Of a stretch of 64,000 nucleotides of DNA, positions 37,500-50,768 are shown piece by piece. The number at the start of each line of letters is the position of its first letter. The stretch's first letter is position 1. The notes beneath the pieces are model-generated. The model ran no database searches and had not been told where the DNA came from. It worked only from the letters and a program-made list of their open reading frames with translations. Both the position numbers and the translations under genes were made by a program. Source of the DNA: Mobula hypostoma (Eukaryota); the NCBI RefSeq assembly GCF_963921235.1, contig NC_086103.1, positions 19,468,001-19,532,000 of the forward strand, in the 5' to 3' direction.

Positions 37500-38600
37500 A
37501 CTTTACTTTACTTTATACTTTATTGTCGTCAAACAATTGATACTAGAACGTACAATTATCAGAGCAATATTTGATTCTGAGCTTCCTGCTCCCTGGATTA
37601 CAAATATTAAATATGAAAAATAGTAAAAATTAGTAAATATTAAAAACTTATCCGTTCAGCAGTCTTATCACAGTTGGAAAGAAGCTATTCCCAAATCTGG
37701 CTGTACGAGTCTTCAAGCTCCTGAGCCTTCTCCTGGAGGGAAGAGGGACGAAAAGTGTGTTGGCTGGGTGGGTCGCATCCTTGATTATCCTGGCAGCACT
37801 GCGCCGACAGCGTGCGGTGTAAAGTGAGTCCAAGGACGGAAGATTGGTTTGTGTGATGTGCTGCGCTGTGTTCACGATCTTCTGCAGCTTCTTTCGGTCT
37901 TGGACAGGACAGCTTCCACACCAGGTTGTGATGCACCCTAGAAGAATCCTTTCTACAGTGTATCTATAAAAATTAGTGACGGTTTTAGGGGACAGGCCAA
38001 ATTTCTTTAGTTTTCTCAGGAAGAAAAGGCACTGGTGGGCCTTCTTGGCAGTGAACTATGCTTGGTTGGACCAAGTCAGGTCATTTGTGATATTGACCCC
38101 GAGGAACTTAAAGCTTTTGATCTGTTCCAGCTTTTGACCTGCGCACCACTGATGTAAATTGGGTCGTGCGGTCCGCTACTCCTTCTGAAGTCAACAACCA
38201 ATTCCTTCATCTTGCTGACGTTGAAGGATAGGTTATTGTCTTTGCACCATGCCACCAGGTTCTTAATTCCCTCTCTGTACTCAAACTCATCATTTCCCGA
38301 GATACGGCCTACAATTGTTGTGTCATCAGCAAACTTATATATTGAGTTTGATGGAAACTTGGCTACAGTGAGTACAGCAGGGGGCTGAGTACACAGCCTT
38401 GTGGGGCACCGGTGCTCAAAGTGATTGTAGAGGAGAGCTTGTCCCTTATTTTTACGGCCTGAGTCCTGTCTGTGAGGAAGTTGAAGATCCAGCTGCAGAT
38501 CTGAGTGCTAAGACCCAGGTTCCGGAGCTTAGGTTATTGGTCAAAGGGGACGAATATCAATGCGCATCTTGGTCAGCATGAACAGGTTGGGTCAAAGGGC
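37500..38600 (-). mobile_element. Rex1/Babar-type LINE fragment (another plus-strand piece at about 38690-39060)
   Basis: ORFs 37648-37875 and 37685-37936, plus the antisense RT motif KFADDTTIVG at about 38330. Confidence 0.8.
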
Positions 38601-39317
38601 TAAGTCTGGCTGAGTGGTGCCAAAATAATAACCTCATACTCAAAGTCAGCTGATAATTGACATCTGCAAGAAGAAACTAGATGTCCATGAGCCAGATATC
38701 ATCATGGGATCATAAGTGGAGAGGGTCAGAAACTTTAAATTCTTCAGTGATATCATTGCAGAGGACCTGTCCTGGGCCCTACATGTAAGTGCAATTTCAG
38801 AGAAATCTCAACAGTGCCTCTCCTTCCTAAAGAGTCTGCAAAGATTCAGAATGACATCTAAAATTTTACGAAGCTTCTATAGATGTATGGTGGAGAGTAC
38901 AATGACTGCATCATAGCCTGGTATGAAAACACCGATATGATTTTATGGAAAATCCAACAAAATGTAGTGGATATGGCCTAGTCCATCAAGGGTAACACAC
39001 TCCCCACCACTGAGCACGTCTGCATGGAGCATTGACGAAGGGTAACAGCATCCATCATAAGGATGTATGCCCTGTTCATGTTCCATAGTCTTTCAATTTC
39101 CTTTTCTAACTCAGCATATTTCTGGTGCTTTTCACTTATTGATTTCTGTATGTTATTTATGTTTGGAATGGCTATATCTATTAAGTAAGTTGTTCTTACT
39201 TATTTATCTTGTATTATTATATCCGGTGGTTCTTATGGATTGGTCATAATATAATTTGTGGGACTCTGTCTCTAAACTAGATCAGACTTGTATATATAGT
39301 AAGGTATGGTTTCTTTT

Positions 39318-39517
39318 GGTCTGGCTGGTGGTGTAGTGGCATCAGCACTGGACTTCAAGGCAGATAGTCCTGAGTTCAAATCTCAGCTGGGTCCCAACCT
39401 GGGCAGCAAAAGTATCTGCATGGAAGAAAGGCCTGGCAATCTACTTCTGCATCTTGCCATGAAAACCCTATGGTCCATGAGGTCACGATGAGTTGGACAT
39501 CAACTTAATGACTGAAC
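39318..39517 (+). mobile_element. tRNA-head SINE with RTE/BovB-like 3' tail
   Basis: A box TGGTGTAGTGG, B box GAGTTCAAATC, and tail ggtcacgatgagttggacatcaacttaatgactgaac. Confidence 0.7.
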
Positions 39518-39599
39518 ACCATTGTTTCTTTAATGAGTTTGTCTTTTTGAGCAAGACTTTGGTGAATGATGTTTGCCACTCGATTGTTCCTGTGTAAGT

Positions 39600-41130
39600 A
39601 ATCAGATTGAGTTAAACAGTGCAGGATTCTGTAATGTGTTGAATTGTCTGTGACTTATATTGGCATTTTCTGCATTTATTGTCTTGAATTTGTTGGTCGT
39701 TTTTATTTATTTTTGATATTTTTTGTGTTAACCACCTGGTTCTGTATTGCCACATGGAACCCCTCTGTTTCCAAGAGGTGGTCTCCAATTCTGAGACAGG
39801 CATTCGACACTTCTTTTTTAACATCTAGTCTGCTCAGATTGTTGGGATGTCTTCCATTGGATAACTCTTTCTACAAAAGTGATACACACAAGGGAACCTG
39901 GCCAATGCGGGAGAGAGAGAGACAGACAGAGATGGAAAGACATTGGGAGATCATGGAGAGAAAGGGAGAGAGCCATAGGACAATTCCTTCATGGATCATT
40001 TGTGATTTGCAATTAGGTAAGAGAAATGTTTTAAATTCTATCAAAACTTTTATGAAGGGAATTTTAAGAAATTTGCATTTCTTCAATTCTGTGAGTGAGT
40101 ATATTGTCACCCAAATCAAGCTTGCTTCTTGCTTGTCTGTCATACTTTAGGACCAGATATCAGACCAAAAGTTCATTACCTCTGTACTTGTTGGTAATTC
40201 TGTGCCAGGGTTGGTGACATTTTGGCACATCAAATCTAGTTTTAATTCCCTGTTTCTGAATTGATAATCCTGTTTTCTTCATGTATCTATTTAATCTAGC
40301 TATGTATGCACCAAACTGTTGGTATCATGCATCAATAACTTCTATAATGTTTTTGTTCGGCTGATCACATCTTATATGGACCTTATATTTCCTTAGCTGT
40401 TCTCTTAACTTTCTTGCTTGGGTTATCTATTTTATACTCAATTAGGAAGAATATTTCTGCTCCTAAGGTTTCAACTTTGTTTCTCAATCTGTTCTACCAC
40501 TTCTGTGCTCTCATTTCATTACTCAGTTTTGTGTTTCTATTAATGAGTGCCTTTACTTTGGGTGCATTGCACTGCACTTTTGTTAAACACGCACAGTATT
40601 TCATTGTGTGTAGTTCATCAAATGTTTTCAGTTTTCCTAAATATTGTGAGAATATAATAGTAACAATTTTTGCAAATTTAGATGACATATTTTGTTTTGT
40701 CATGTAGGGTCCTTTTGTTGGGTCAATGCCTATATATTCTGTTAACGTGGTGTTCAGTGTTAGGTTAATTTTGTCTGTAACCTCAGGTTTTGCAGAGACT
40801 CTACTTCTGTGTTGTTGCTGTTACTGTCAGGTTGTGGAACAGCTGAAGTAATTGTATTTTCATTGGCATTTTGGTGGGTTCCATCTTCATTATTTTATTG
40901 CATAGCACTCTTGTGGTCTTTAGGTTGGTTTCTTCCTAGCTCTTGTGCAACATCATGCTTAACTTGGTTTAACATGCCCATAGGGATTAAGTTTTTTTTT
41001 TCACCATCACTCTATGTTGATCTGCTATTCATTGTGTATTTACTTGCGTGAAGGGATATTGTGCTATAAACTGTTGATGAAGTTCATCTCTGTATGTTGT
41101 GATGTCAGTCTCAAGTTTCTTAACTCAATA
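39600..41130 (-). mobile_element. Degenerate R4/Dong-like non-LTR retrotransposon fragment with internal deletion
   Basis: Zinc knuckle DNKCRKCQYKSQTIQHITESC (39612-39824) and an N-terminal-like KVQCNAPKVKALIN segment (40494-40703). The clade is recalled from family motifs and was not searched. Confidence 0.5.
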
Positions 41131-41590
41131 AGATCATTGACTGTAAGATATAGGAGCAGAACTAGGCTATTTGCCCATCAAATCTGCTCCACCATTTCAT
41201 CATGGCTGATTCCAGTTACCCTCTCAGTCCCAATCTCCTGCCTTCTCCCCGTATCCTTTCACGCCCTGACTGATCAAGAATCTATCAACCTCTGCCTTAA
41301 ATATACATAAAGACTTGGCTTTCACGGCTGCCTGTGACAATGAATTCCACAGATTCATCACTCTCTGGCTAACAAAATTCCTCCTCATCCCCATTCTAAA
41401 AGGACATACATGAATCATGAGTGTTTACTTCTAATGACAATTTCATGGATATCTTTCTTTTCTAATTTCCTGAGTAGCCTCAGTTGTAAGTGAACTGATC
41501 CCCTGAGAAAGACCTGCATCAGTTGCAGTCAACACACATCAAAGTTGCTGGTGAACGCACCAGGCCAGGCAGCATCTCTGGGACAAGGTA

Positions 41591-41627
41591 CAGTCGACGT
41601 TTCAGGCCGAAACCCTTCGTCAGGACT
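41591..41627 (-). ncRNA. Second intact hammerhead motif in a solo Penelope tail (41530-41630)
   Basis: AAGUC-CUGACGA-AGG-GUUUCGG-CCU-GAAA-C-GUC-GACUG. Confidence 0.78.
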
Positions 41628-42639
41628 TTGTCAGTTGCAGTCTGTAGTTTTGGTGGTCTACTTTGAATGCCAGCTTTATCTTTTTGGGTGTTTCCAGTGC
41701 CTGCCCACCTCTTTAGCAGAGCACCACTGCTTTTTTTGCTTACTGTCATGCCCAGTGCTAGCTCTAGGCATGCAATGGCAATCCCCAGGCAGTAGTCATA
41801 TCACTCTATTCCAGAGACATCGCTCCATTTCCCCAGTGAAAGGGCATTGCTTTTTATACCTACGTCCACATTTTGGTTTCAGCTTCCCCTATTATGGAGA
41901 ACAGACAACGCAGTACTGAGGCTCCAGAGACTCCACTCTATGTTCACAGACCCAAGATCATAGATTGACTGATAGATGCATTGTTGTCTGGTTTCCCTAC
42001 ACCTGCTTTCTGATAGGAAGTGGATGGTAGGTGTTCAGAACAGACATGGTGGGCTTTTGTGTTGTATGATCATATGAGTCTACTTTGCAAACTACAGTCT
42101 TGTTTTTTTTAATAAAACTTCTCGAGGTTTTCAAGCATTGCAATTAATTTTGCTTCCACTGGTTGGTTCTAGTACAAATGCTAACTAATTCTGTTCCACT
42201 CAATTCATGCACTGTTCACTGTATAACAATGATATCAATGAGAAAAATAAGTTTGCAGATGACACAAATGGAGGACAAAGTGAACAATGAAGAGGATGCA
42301 ATGAGGGCATGAGGGTGCAATATGATTCAAGCATGTTGTCTGATTAGAGCTAATGTAGACAGATAGTACTAGTAACGATTACATTATATACATTGTCTAC
42401 ATTGAATAAAAATACATGAACTTTTTTTTAGATGTGGGGGCACAGTAAAAAAACTCTATTGGCCCAGAAAGCTTATGCTGCTCAATTACATCATGTGGCC
42501 AGATAACCTACTTGCCCTCATGTCAACGGAGGGTGGGAGAAAACCAGAGCACATGAAGGAATCCCATGCAATGACGGGGAGAAAGAATGTACTCCTTACA
42601 GGCAACAGCGGAATTGAACCAAGTTTGCTGGCATTGTAA

Positions 42640-43375
42640 TATTAAGACTATAAGGCATAGGATCAGAATGAGGCTTTTTGGCCCATCGAGTCTGCTCTGT
42701 CATTCACTCACAGCTAATCCTTTTTTCCCCTCCACAGCCCCACTCCCCAGCCTTCGCCCTGTAACCTCTGATGCCGTGTCCAATCAAGAACCTCTCAAGC
42801 TCCTATCAAGCTCTGTCTTCAATATACCCAATGACCCGGCCTCTAATATATTTCAGAAATTCACCACCTTCTGGCTAAAGAAATTTCTCCACATCTCTGT
42901 TTTAAATGGTCACCCCTCTAACCTGAGGCTGTTCTCTCTTGTCCTAGACTCCCCCACCATAAGAAACATCCTTTCCACATCTATTCTGTCAAGGCCTTTC
43001 AACATATGAAAGGTTTCAATAAAATCGCCCCTCATCCTTCTAAATTCCAGAGCTATCAAATATTCCTTTTATGATAAACACAAAATAATCTGCAGATGCT
43101 GGGGTCAAAGCAATACTCCTGACGAAGGGTTCCGGCCCAAAACATTGAACGATCTTTTCCACGGATGCTGCCCGACCTGCTGAGTTCCTCCAGCGTGTTG
43201 TGAGTGTTCCTTTTATGATGACCTTTTCATTCCCAGAATCATCCTTGTGAACATCCTCTGGACCCTCTCCAATGCTAGCACATCTTTTCTCAGATGAGGA
43301 GCCCAAAACTGTTCACAATACTGAAGCTGAGGCCTCACCAGCACTTTAAAAAGCCTCAGCATTATATGCCTCGCC
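42640..43375 (-). mobile_element. CR1 3' fragment interrupted by a Penelope tail (about 43075-43205)
   Basis: Antisense CR1 end, with gatgctgcccgacctgctgagttcctccagc inserted. Confidence 0.7.
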
Positions 43376-44586
43376 AACTTGAATCATGGCTGTAAAAGCT
43401 GAAAGAAACATCATTTGAATGATAGTAGCTCACCCCTGGACGGGCCAGAGACACTTGCTGTTACTCCAAGAGACAGTGTCTGATGTAATGACATCAGTGT
43501 AAGGTGACTGTGTTTGGTTTGTTCATAATGGTAGCAAAGGGCTGTAGCTTTTGTTAAGCATATCCAGCAACTTTCACATGTTTTATTCACAACATCCTAC
43601 TCAAACCAGGGAGCCTTACAGCAGTTGTATGGAAATTGTTGGAGAGTATTGTTAGGGACAGGGAGTTCTCACATCTGTTCAGTCAGCACGCCTTGTGTGG
43701 GAGCATCTTGTCCTACCTTTTTTGAGGAGATGACAAAGATGATTGGTGAAGGTAGTGCAGTGAATGTTCGAAACATTCACATGGTAAAGCTTTCAACAAG
43801 GTCCCCAGTGATCAACTGATGCAGAACATAAAGACACATAGGATCCATGAAGACTTGATGAATGGGATTCCAAATTGTTTTGGTCACAGTAGACAGAGGG
43901 AAGTGATCTGACTGAGAAGGTGTTAGTCTGACTGGAGGTTTGTGACCAGTGGTGTACCACAAAGATCATTTACATATGTCAATGATTTGGAGAAAAATGG
44001 AATTAAATTGATTAGCACATTAGCAGATGAAATACGATTTGGCAGAATTGTGGATAATGAGTAAGATTGTCAAGAATTCAACAGTTTATCATTCAGTTGT
44101 AAATGAGGCCTCCATCAATCAGGGTCAACCATGGATGTTGCATTCTAGATGTTTAGATTCGCAAGCCTGTACAGTACGAAATGGAGAGCAAGCTGTTGTA
44201 AATATGGACAGTAAAATGGCCAATGGATTTTAACCTGAACAAATGTGATGCATTGAACTTTAGAGGTAAATATACAGTAAATGCCAGGTCCCGCAGGGCT
44301 GCTGATGTACACAAGCACTTTGTGGTACGAGTCCACTGGTCTCTGATAGATTGGAGAAGAAGGCTCGCAGCATACTTCCCTTCAGTGATCAGCGTGCAGA
44401 GTAAAAAGTCAGCAGGTTGTGTTGCAGCTGAGTAAAACATTGGTTATAGTTGGAGTGTTGTTAATGTTCCAGTCGCAGTGGAACAACTAAAAGCCAAACA
44501 CATCACATCCACGGTCTCACGTGCTATGCACAAGCAAGGAAAATGCAGAATACAACAGCGACTAATCAGTGAGCAAAAGTACTTAC

Positions 44587-44602
44587 TTTGGGTGAAACCA
44601 GA
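44587..44602 (-). other. Candidate 16-nt micro-exon, copy A
   Basis: tttatttgtttcgctccgtcag|TCTGGTTTCACCCAAA|gtaagt. The exon is identical to copy B. Confidence 0.45.
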
Positions 44603-44654
44603 CTGACGGAGCGAAACAAATAAAAATTCAAACATCAGAGGTGCACTATTGTTC

Positions 44655-45195
44655 CTTTTACCAAATTGCATTATTATATATTTCCCAGCACTGTATTCCA
44701 TCTGCCAATTTTTTGCCCATTCTTTAATTTGCCTGAGTCCTGCTGCAATTGCATTTCTCCCTCAGCACTACCTAACCCTGCACCTATCTTCATATCATCC
44801 GCAAACATTGCCACAAAGCCATCAATTCCACTATCTAAATTATTGACAAACAATGTGAAAAGTATCAATCCCAATACTATCCCCAAAGGACCAGCATTAT
44901 TCAACCAGAAATGGCTCCCTTCACTCCCACTCACTCCCTCCTGTCTGTCAGCCATTCTGCTATCCATGCCAGTATACTTTCTGCAACACCACAGGATTTT
45001 ATCTGGTTAAGCTGCCTCATGTGAGGCACCTTATCAAATGCCTTCCAAAACTCTAGGTAAATGACATCCACTGCCTCTCTTTTGTTCACCCTGCTTGTAA
45101 CTTCCTCGAAGAATTCTAACAAATTTGTCAGACAAGATTTCCCTTAATAGAAACCATACTGTCTTTGACTTATTTTATTATTGGTCTCCAAGTAC
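44655..45195 (-). mobile_element. CR1 RT fragment
   Basis: ORF 44931-45122 (LEFFEEVTSRVNKREAVDVIYLEFWKAFDKVPH) and ORF 44674-44967. Confidence 0.85.
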
Positions 45196-45609
45196 CATTC
45201 CCTGACATTTTCCATTTTACGTTGTCAAACTTCCTTTGTGTTTCTCTGTGAAATGTTCTTGGCTTCATTGGAACTCATTGATCTAAATTATCAGGAGCTT
45301 AGTGAAGGACAATGAATCCTCAAACACTGCTCAACTATTGCCTAGGAAACAAGCAGGACAATATCGAGTAGATAACTAACACAGTAGTGTTGATCAGGCC
45401 ACAGGAAATAAAGTTAAACAGTTTAACGTAGGTGGGCGTCAATTACCTAATTGTGCAAATCGCTCTTTCTTTGACGTTTATCAAAAAGAAGATGAAACAA
45501 CATATGAAACTGAAGCAAAAACAGACAAACATGCTTCGATTTCCAAAGACGCTGAGTGTTTCAGTAATTAAGCACCCAAAGGCCTTTAAACATGTTAATC
45601 GACAAACTG

Positions 45610-47010
45610 AAACCATAGAAACCATAGAGACTACAGCACAGAAACAGGCCTTTTGGCCTTCTTGGCTGTGCCGAACCATTTTCTGCCTAGTCCCACTGAC
45701 CTGCACATGGACCATATCCCTCCATACACCTCCCATCCATGTATCTGCCCAATTTATTCTTAAATGTTAAAAAAGAACCCGCATTTACCACCTCGTCTGG
45801 CAGCTCACTCCATACTCCCACCACTCTCTGTGCGAAGAAACCCCCACTAATGTTCCCTTTAAACTTTTCCCCCCTCACCCTTAACCTATGTCCTCTGTTT
45901 TTTTTCTCCCCTTGCCTCAGTGGAAAAAGCCTGCTTGCATTCACTCTATCTATACCCATCATAATTTTATATACCTCTATCAAATCTTCCCTCATTCTTC
46001 TACGCTCCAGGGAATAAAGTCCTAACCTATTCAACCTTTCTCTGTAACTGAATTTCTCAAGTCCCGGCAACATCCTTGTAAACCTTCTCTGCACTCTTTC
46101 AACCTTATTTATATTCTTCCTGTAATTTGGTGACCAAAACTGAACACAATACTCCAGATTCGGCCTCACCAATGCCTTATACAACCTCATCATAACATTC
46201 CAGCTCTTATACTCAATACTTCGATTAATAAAGGCCAATGTACCAAAAGCTCTCTTTACGACCCTATCTACTTGTGACGCCACTTTTAGGGAATTTTGTA
46301 TCTGTATTCCCAGATCCCTCTGTTCCACTGCACTCCTCAGTGCCTTACCATTAACCCTGTATGTCCTACCTTGGTTTGTCCTTCCAACGTGCAATACCTC
46401 ACACTTGTCTGTATTAAACTCCATCTGCCATTTTTCAGCCCATTTTTCCAGCTGGTCCAAGTCCCTCTGCAGGCTCTGAAAACCTTCCTCACTGTCTACT
46501 ACATCTCCAATCTTGTATCATCAGCAAATTTGCTGATCCAATTTACCACATTATCGTCCAGATCATTGATGTAGATGACATATAACAATGGTTCCAGCAC
46601 TGATCCCTGTGGCACACCACTAGTCACAGGCCTCCACTCAGAGAAGCAATTCTCTACCACCACTCTCTGGCTTCTTCCATCGAGCCAATATCTAATCCAA
46701 TTTACCACCTCTCCATGTATACCTAGCGACTGAATTTTCCTAACTAACCTCCCATGCGGGACCTTGTCAAAGGCCTTACTGAAGTCCATGTAGACAATAT
46801 CCACTGCCTTCCCTTCATCCACTTTCCTGGTAATCTCCTCGAAAAACTCCAATAGATTGGTCAAACATGACCTACCACGCACAAAGCCATGTTGACTCTC
46901 CCTAATAAGCCCCTGTCTATCCAAATGCTTGTAGATTCTGTCTCTTAGTACTCCCTCCAATAACTTACCTACTACCGACGTTAAACTCACCGGCCTATAA
47001 TTTCCCGGAT
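45610..47010 (-). mobile_element. CR1 LINE, 5'-truncated, one frameshift
   Basis: ORFs 46499-46990 and 45687-46460, with a (CTATGGTTT)n tail at about 45610-45630. Confidence 0.92.
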
Positions 47011-48091
47011 TAATGGCCTGTGAAGTGAAATGATCAAACCCAGAAATGCTCCCATCAAAGCATCCTTCACTACAATAAGCTAAATATAAAGGAGCTTGAC
47101 ATTCTGTTCAGGGGACAGCAGGTTAATTATATGACATGAGAGAGAGAGAGAGAGAAAGAAGGAAATATTTCACCATCACTGTGAAAGGACATGATAAAGA
47201 TAAACATGGTGCAACCAAAAAGGCAGGTGCGGTTCGTGGGGGAGGGTGGGGGAGGTTGTGGGAGTAGAGATTGTATCAATACAAGGGTGATTTTCTTCAT
47301 AACAATCTCTTTCATGTAATGTTGCTACCAAAGCTGTGCTCAATACTACAGCAAGGGCTTCATCCAAAGTTGGACAGATTGCTCTAGTGAACATGGATCT
47401 TTCTGAGTGAACGGCAGACAGTCTTACCATTATGCTGTGACCAGTCCTCATTCAAATTGTGTGATCTCTCACATACCTACTCATGCAATTTGCCCTGTTT
47501 AACAAAGATACATGCCTCTGTATTCTGGTAGTAGTTTTGAATGATTATACAAATAAAACTCAAAATATGAACTTGCAAAATGATCAGTTCGTTGTAAAAT
47601 GCAACATGTAGAACCAAACCAATAGAACCAGAATCTACCCAACATTGAGTTTGCATAGAATAATATTACCATATGTGTCATGAAATTTATTAACTTAGCA
47701 GCAGCAGTACAACGTAATGCATGAAAGTTCTTGGCCTGAAATTTCAATTGTCTCTAGATTTTGCCTGACCTGTTGAGCTCCTCCAGCATTTTGTCTGTGT
47801 TACAGTGTAACATAAATGAGTGCTTAGTACCAATGTATCAGTAATTCTATTGGTCTTTTGTGTGATAATAGAGATTACCAGAGATCACAGCTGAAATGGA
47901 GAAATATCCATGAAGAGGCCTGGTCATGTAACCAACAGATAAATGAGGTTGTTGTATGAATTGGGCATGTCAGGAGCAATCACTCAACCACTCCTTTATA
48001 CCTGGAAGCCAATAAATTGCTAACACTCGGTGATCTTCATACCAAGACTGAATGAGGGTTAAACAGTGATATTGACGGCATAGTCTCTCAC

Positions 48092-48123
48092 CTTGTAAAA
48101 TCGCACAGACTTCAGAACTGGTT
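48092..48123 (-). other. Candidate 32-nt exon
   Basis: ttttcttctttctaatctgtag|AACCAGTTCTGAAGTCTGTGCGATTTTACAAG|gtgaga has strong splice signals. It is open as EPVLKSVRFYK (phase 1-0) or TSSEVCAILQ (phase 2-1). Confidence 0.35.
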
Positions 48124-48359
48124 CTACAGATTAGAAAGAAGAAAATTTAGCACCACTATTTAAGAGAGGGAGAGGGAGTGAGAATATAGAGCGGTTAGTC
48201 TGAAGTAATTTTAAAGAAGAAATATAACTGTATTTTTTATGAATTGGAGATTGGGATCATAGAAAATAATTAATAGCATTGGGTAAAGTCTATTTCATTT
48301 GATTTTATAATTTGTAATTAGCAGAATAGATAAGGGTGAATCTGTTAACATATTTCGAC

Positions 48360-48930
48360 ATCCAGAAGGTCCTTGATTAAGATGTTTCTCAAGGCGCCCA
48401 GCTCCTATTGGAACTTTCTAAGAACTTTCTACAGGAGCACCGTCAAGTTTCCTGTCAAGCTGTGTCATTGTGTGGTATGGAAGTTGCAAGGCATTGGACC
48501 ACAAGATCCTATAGAGAACAGTAAAAACTGCTGTGAGGATTACTGGGGTCTCTCTTCCCCCCATTTGTGACATTTGCTGGGAGTGTTGTATTTGGAGGGC
48601 CCGAGACATTGGTGTGGATCCCTACCACCCACCCCATAATCTCTTTAACCCAGTACGATCCAGGAAGGAGGTACAGGAGCATCAGGTCTAAGACTGCCTG
48701 CATCTTCCTCTGGCTGTGAGACTACTGAGTTCTCGTCACTACAACAGCATGCTATTTAGCGTTTTCCTGTGCTAACAGTGCACACTTTTTGAATTATATT
48801 TTAAATGATGTGTGGCAATATTTTGTTTTATGTGCTGTGTGTGATATATGTTTTGCGGGTGCACTATGGTGCACTGGAACGCTATTTTGTTTGGTTGTGT
48901 ATATGTAGTGAGATGACAATAAGCCTGAGC
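48360..48930 (+). mobile_element. Old Rex1/Babar-type 3' fragment
   Basis: FLRTFYRSTV...WYGSCK region and the typical 3' UTR. Confidence 0.6.
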
Positions 48931-50768
48931 TTGAAGAGATTATTGGAGCAAGTGGATGGGGGGAGGAACATTCTGACACATGATGAAAACAGATTGACAG
49001 ATGGAAATTGGAGAGTTTGCATAAATGGGCTGCAGTGACTTAGGAGGATGCCGTAGAGATCTGTTCTTGATCCACCTGTACACAACATGGAACCAGGTTT
49101 TACTACTAATATGAAGATAAATTACAGTGTCGCTTATGAGTCAGGCACATGCAATAAAACATGGAATAATGTAAGATGAGGGGAAAGAGAGACGGCTAAA
49201 TGACGGATGGGTAGAAAAGACTTGGATTGGTGAAGCCAAAGCTTTGCACAATATTCTCACCAAAACAGGAAAGGCAGATTTTTTTCATTTATTATTTATT
49301 TTATTTAAAGATACAGTGTAGAACAGGTCCTTCTGCCCAACGAGATGTAAGCCCAACATCCCACCTATTTAACCTGAGCCTAATCACAGGACAATTTATA
49401 ATGACCAATTAACCTACTAACCCGTACATCTTTGGACTGCAGGAGGAAACTGGAGCACCCAAAGGAAATCCATATGGTCACAGGGAGAACATAGAAACTC
49501 CTTAGGGACAGCACCAGAATTAAACTCCGATCTCCGACACTCCGAGTCTTATTGGCATTATGCTAACCACTGGTGACCCACAGTGTGGACCACAATTGTC
49601 AGATGCATTAATAATTGTTCTAGACCTACCAGATTTGTGGTTTATCTGAATGAGAATTTCATACTGAACTGTTGTGAATTCCTAAGGCACCAGACTATCA
49701 AATGTGAATGTGCTGGAATAGGACGTTTCCTCACCTACTGCATCTGACATCATGAATGAAGATGTTCCTCATGACAAGGTGCTGCCATCTACTGGTGAGG
49801 ATGAAGTACAGTCTGAGGGAAAGCTGCAGGAACAGATTGCTTGTGAAAAGGGAAAGGATTCTTATAAAAGGACAAAATAATCTTTGGTGAGTGAAGCTAA
49901 TTAACAGACAAGGGCAGTCCACTCCAGATCTACAAGGGATGGTTTTATATTATTGTGGTTTACATGGGCGGCACAGTAGTGTAGAGGTTAGTGTAATGAT
50001 TAACAGCACTAGTGATCAGTGATAGGGTTTCAATTCCCACCACTATCAGAAAAGAGTTTATATGTTCTCTCCACGATAACTTGGGTTTCCCCGGGTTCTC
50101 TGGTTTCCTCCCACATTCCAAACATGTACAAATTAGGGTTAGTGAGTAGTCGGCTTGTTATGTTAGTGCCAGGAGCATGGCAACACTTGTGGGCTGCCCC
50201 CAGCACATCCTCGTGCTGTGTTGGTCTCTGACACAATGATTTCACTGTATGGTTTGATGTTTTTGAAACTAACATCTCCATAATCTGGAACTAAAATGAG
50301 AAGGAATTCTCAGAGTTTGAATTAAAGAATGAAAAGTTTAATAAGGAAAAAAATATTTGTGACACGTACATCAAAGCTTTGAAACATAAAGTGAAATGGG
50401 TCACTTGCATCAACCACCAACACATTTAGAGGATTCCTGGGGGCAGCCCACAGGATTCTCACAAAGTGAGTCCACAATTGTTATGAAACCAAAAATAGGA
50501 AGTTGCTTGACAACCCTCACATTGTCTCTCTGCCTGTGTTAGCTCAGTTAATGTCTGCAATATTACAAAATGCTCTAAAATACACTTTTCATTCTCAAAG
50601 ACCTAAAAAATTCACTACAAATGTGCAAATAATTTAACCGGCTTTTCCAATTTGAAAAACCCAAGAAAAAAAGCATACAAGAGAAAGAGGGGGTGAAAGA
50701 TCAGGTGATGTTCCTGATCATATCAACATGCCTTTAAAATGTAAGAGAGACCTCATTTCTCCACTTAC

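Noticed and set aside
43440-43540. ITIM-like SPYTDV / SLYTDV on the minus strand in both duplicated segments (also about 19365-19410)
   Set aside because: The frame has a TGA just upstream and no credible splice acceptor conserved in both copies, so there is no supportable exon.
45443-45532. Hydrophobic ORF MFVCFCFSFICCFIFFLINVKERAICTIR ending at AG|GTAATT, a possible second TM exon
   Set aside because: T-rich low-complexity sequence abutting a CR1 tail, with no counterpart beside the other micro-exon copy. It could not be tied to any Ig exon, and chance is not excluded.
49733-49826. Exon-like segment with AG and GTGAGG downstream of the leader
   Set aside because: It hits a stop when entered in phase 1 from the leader by either acceptor.
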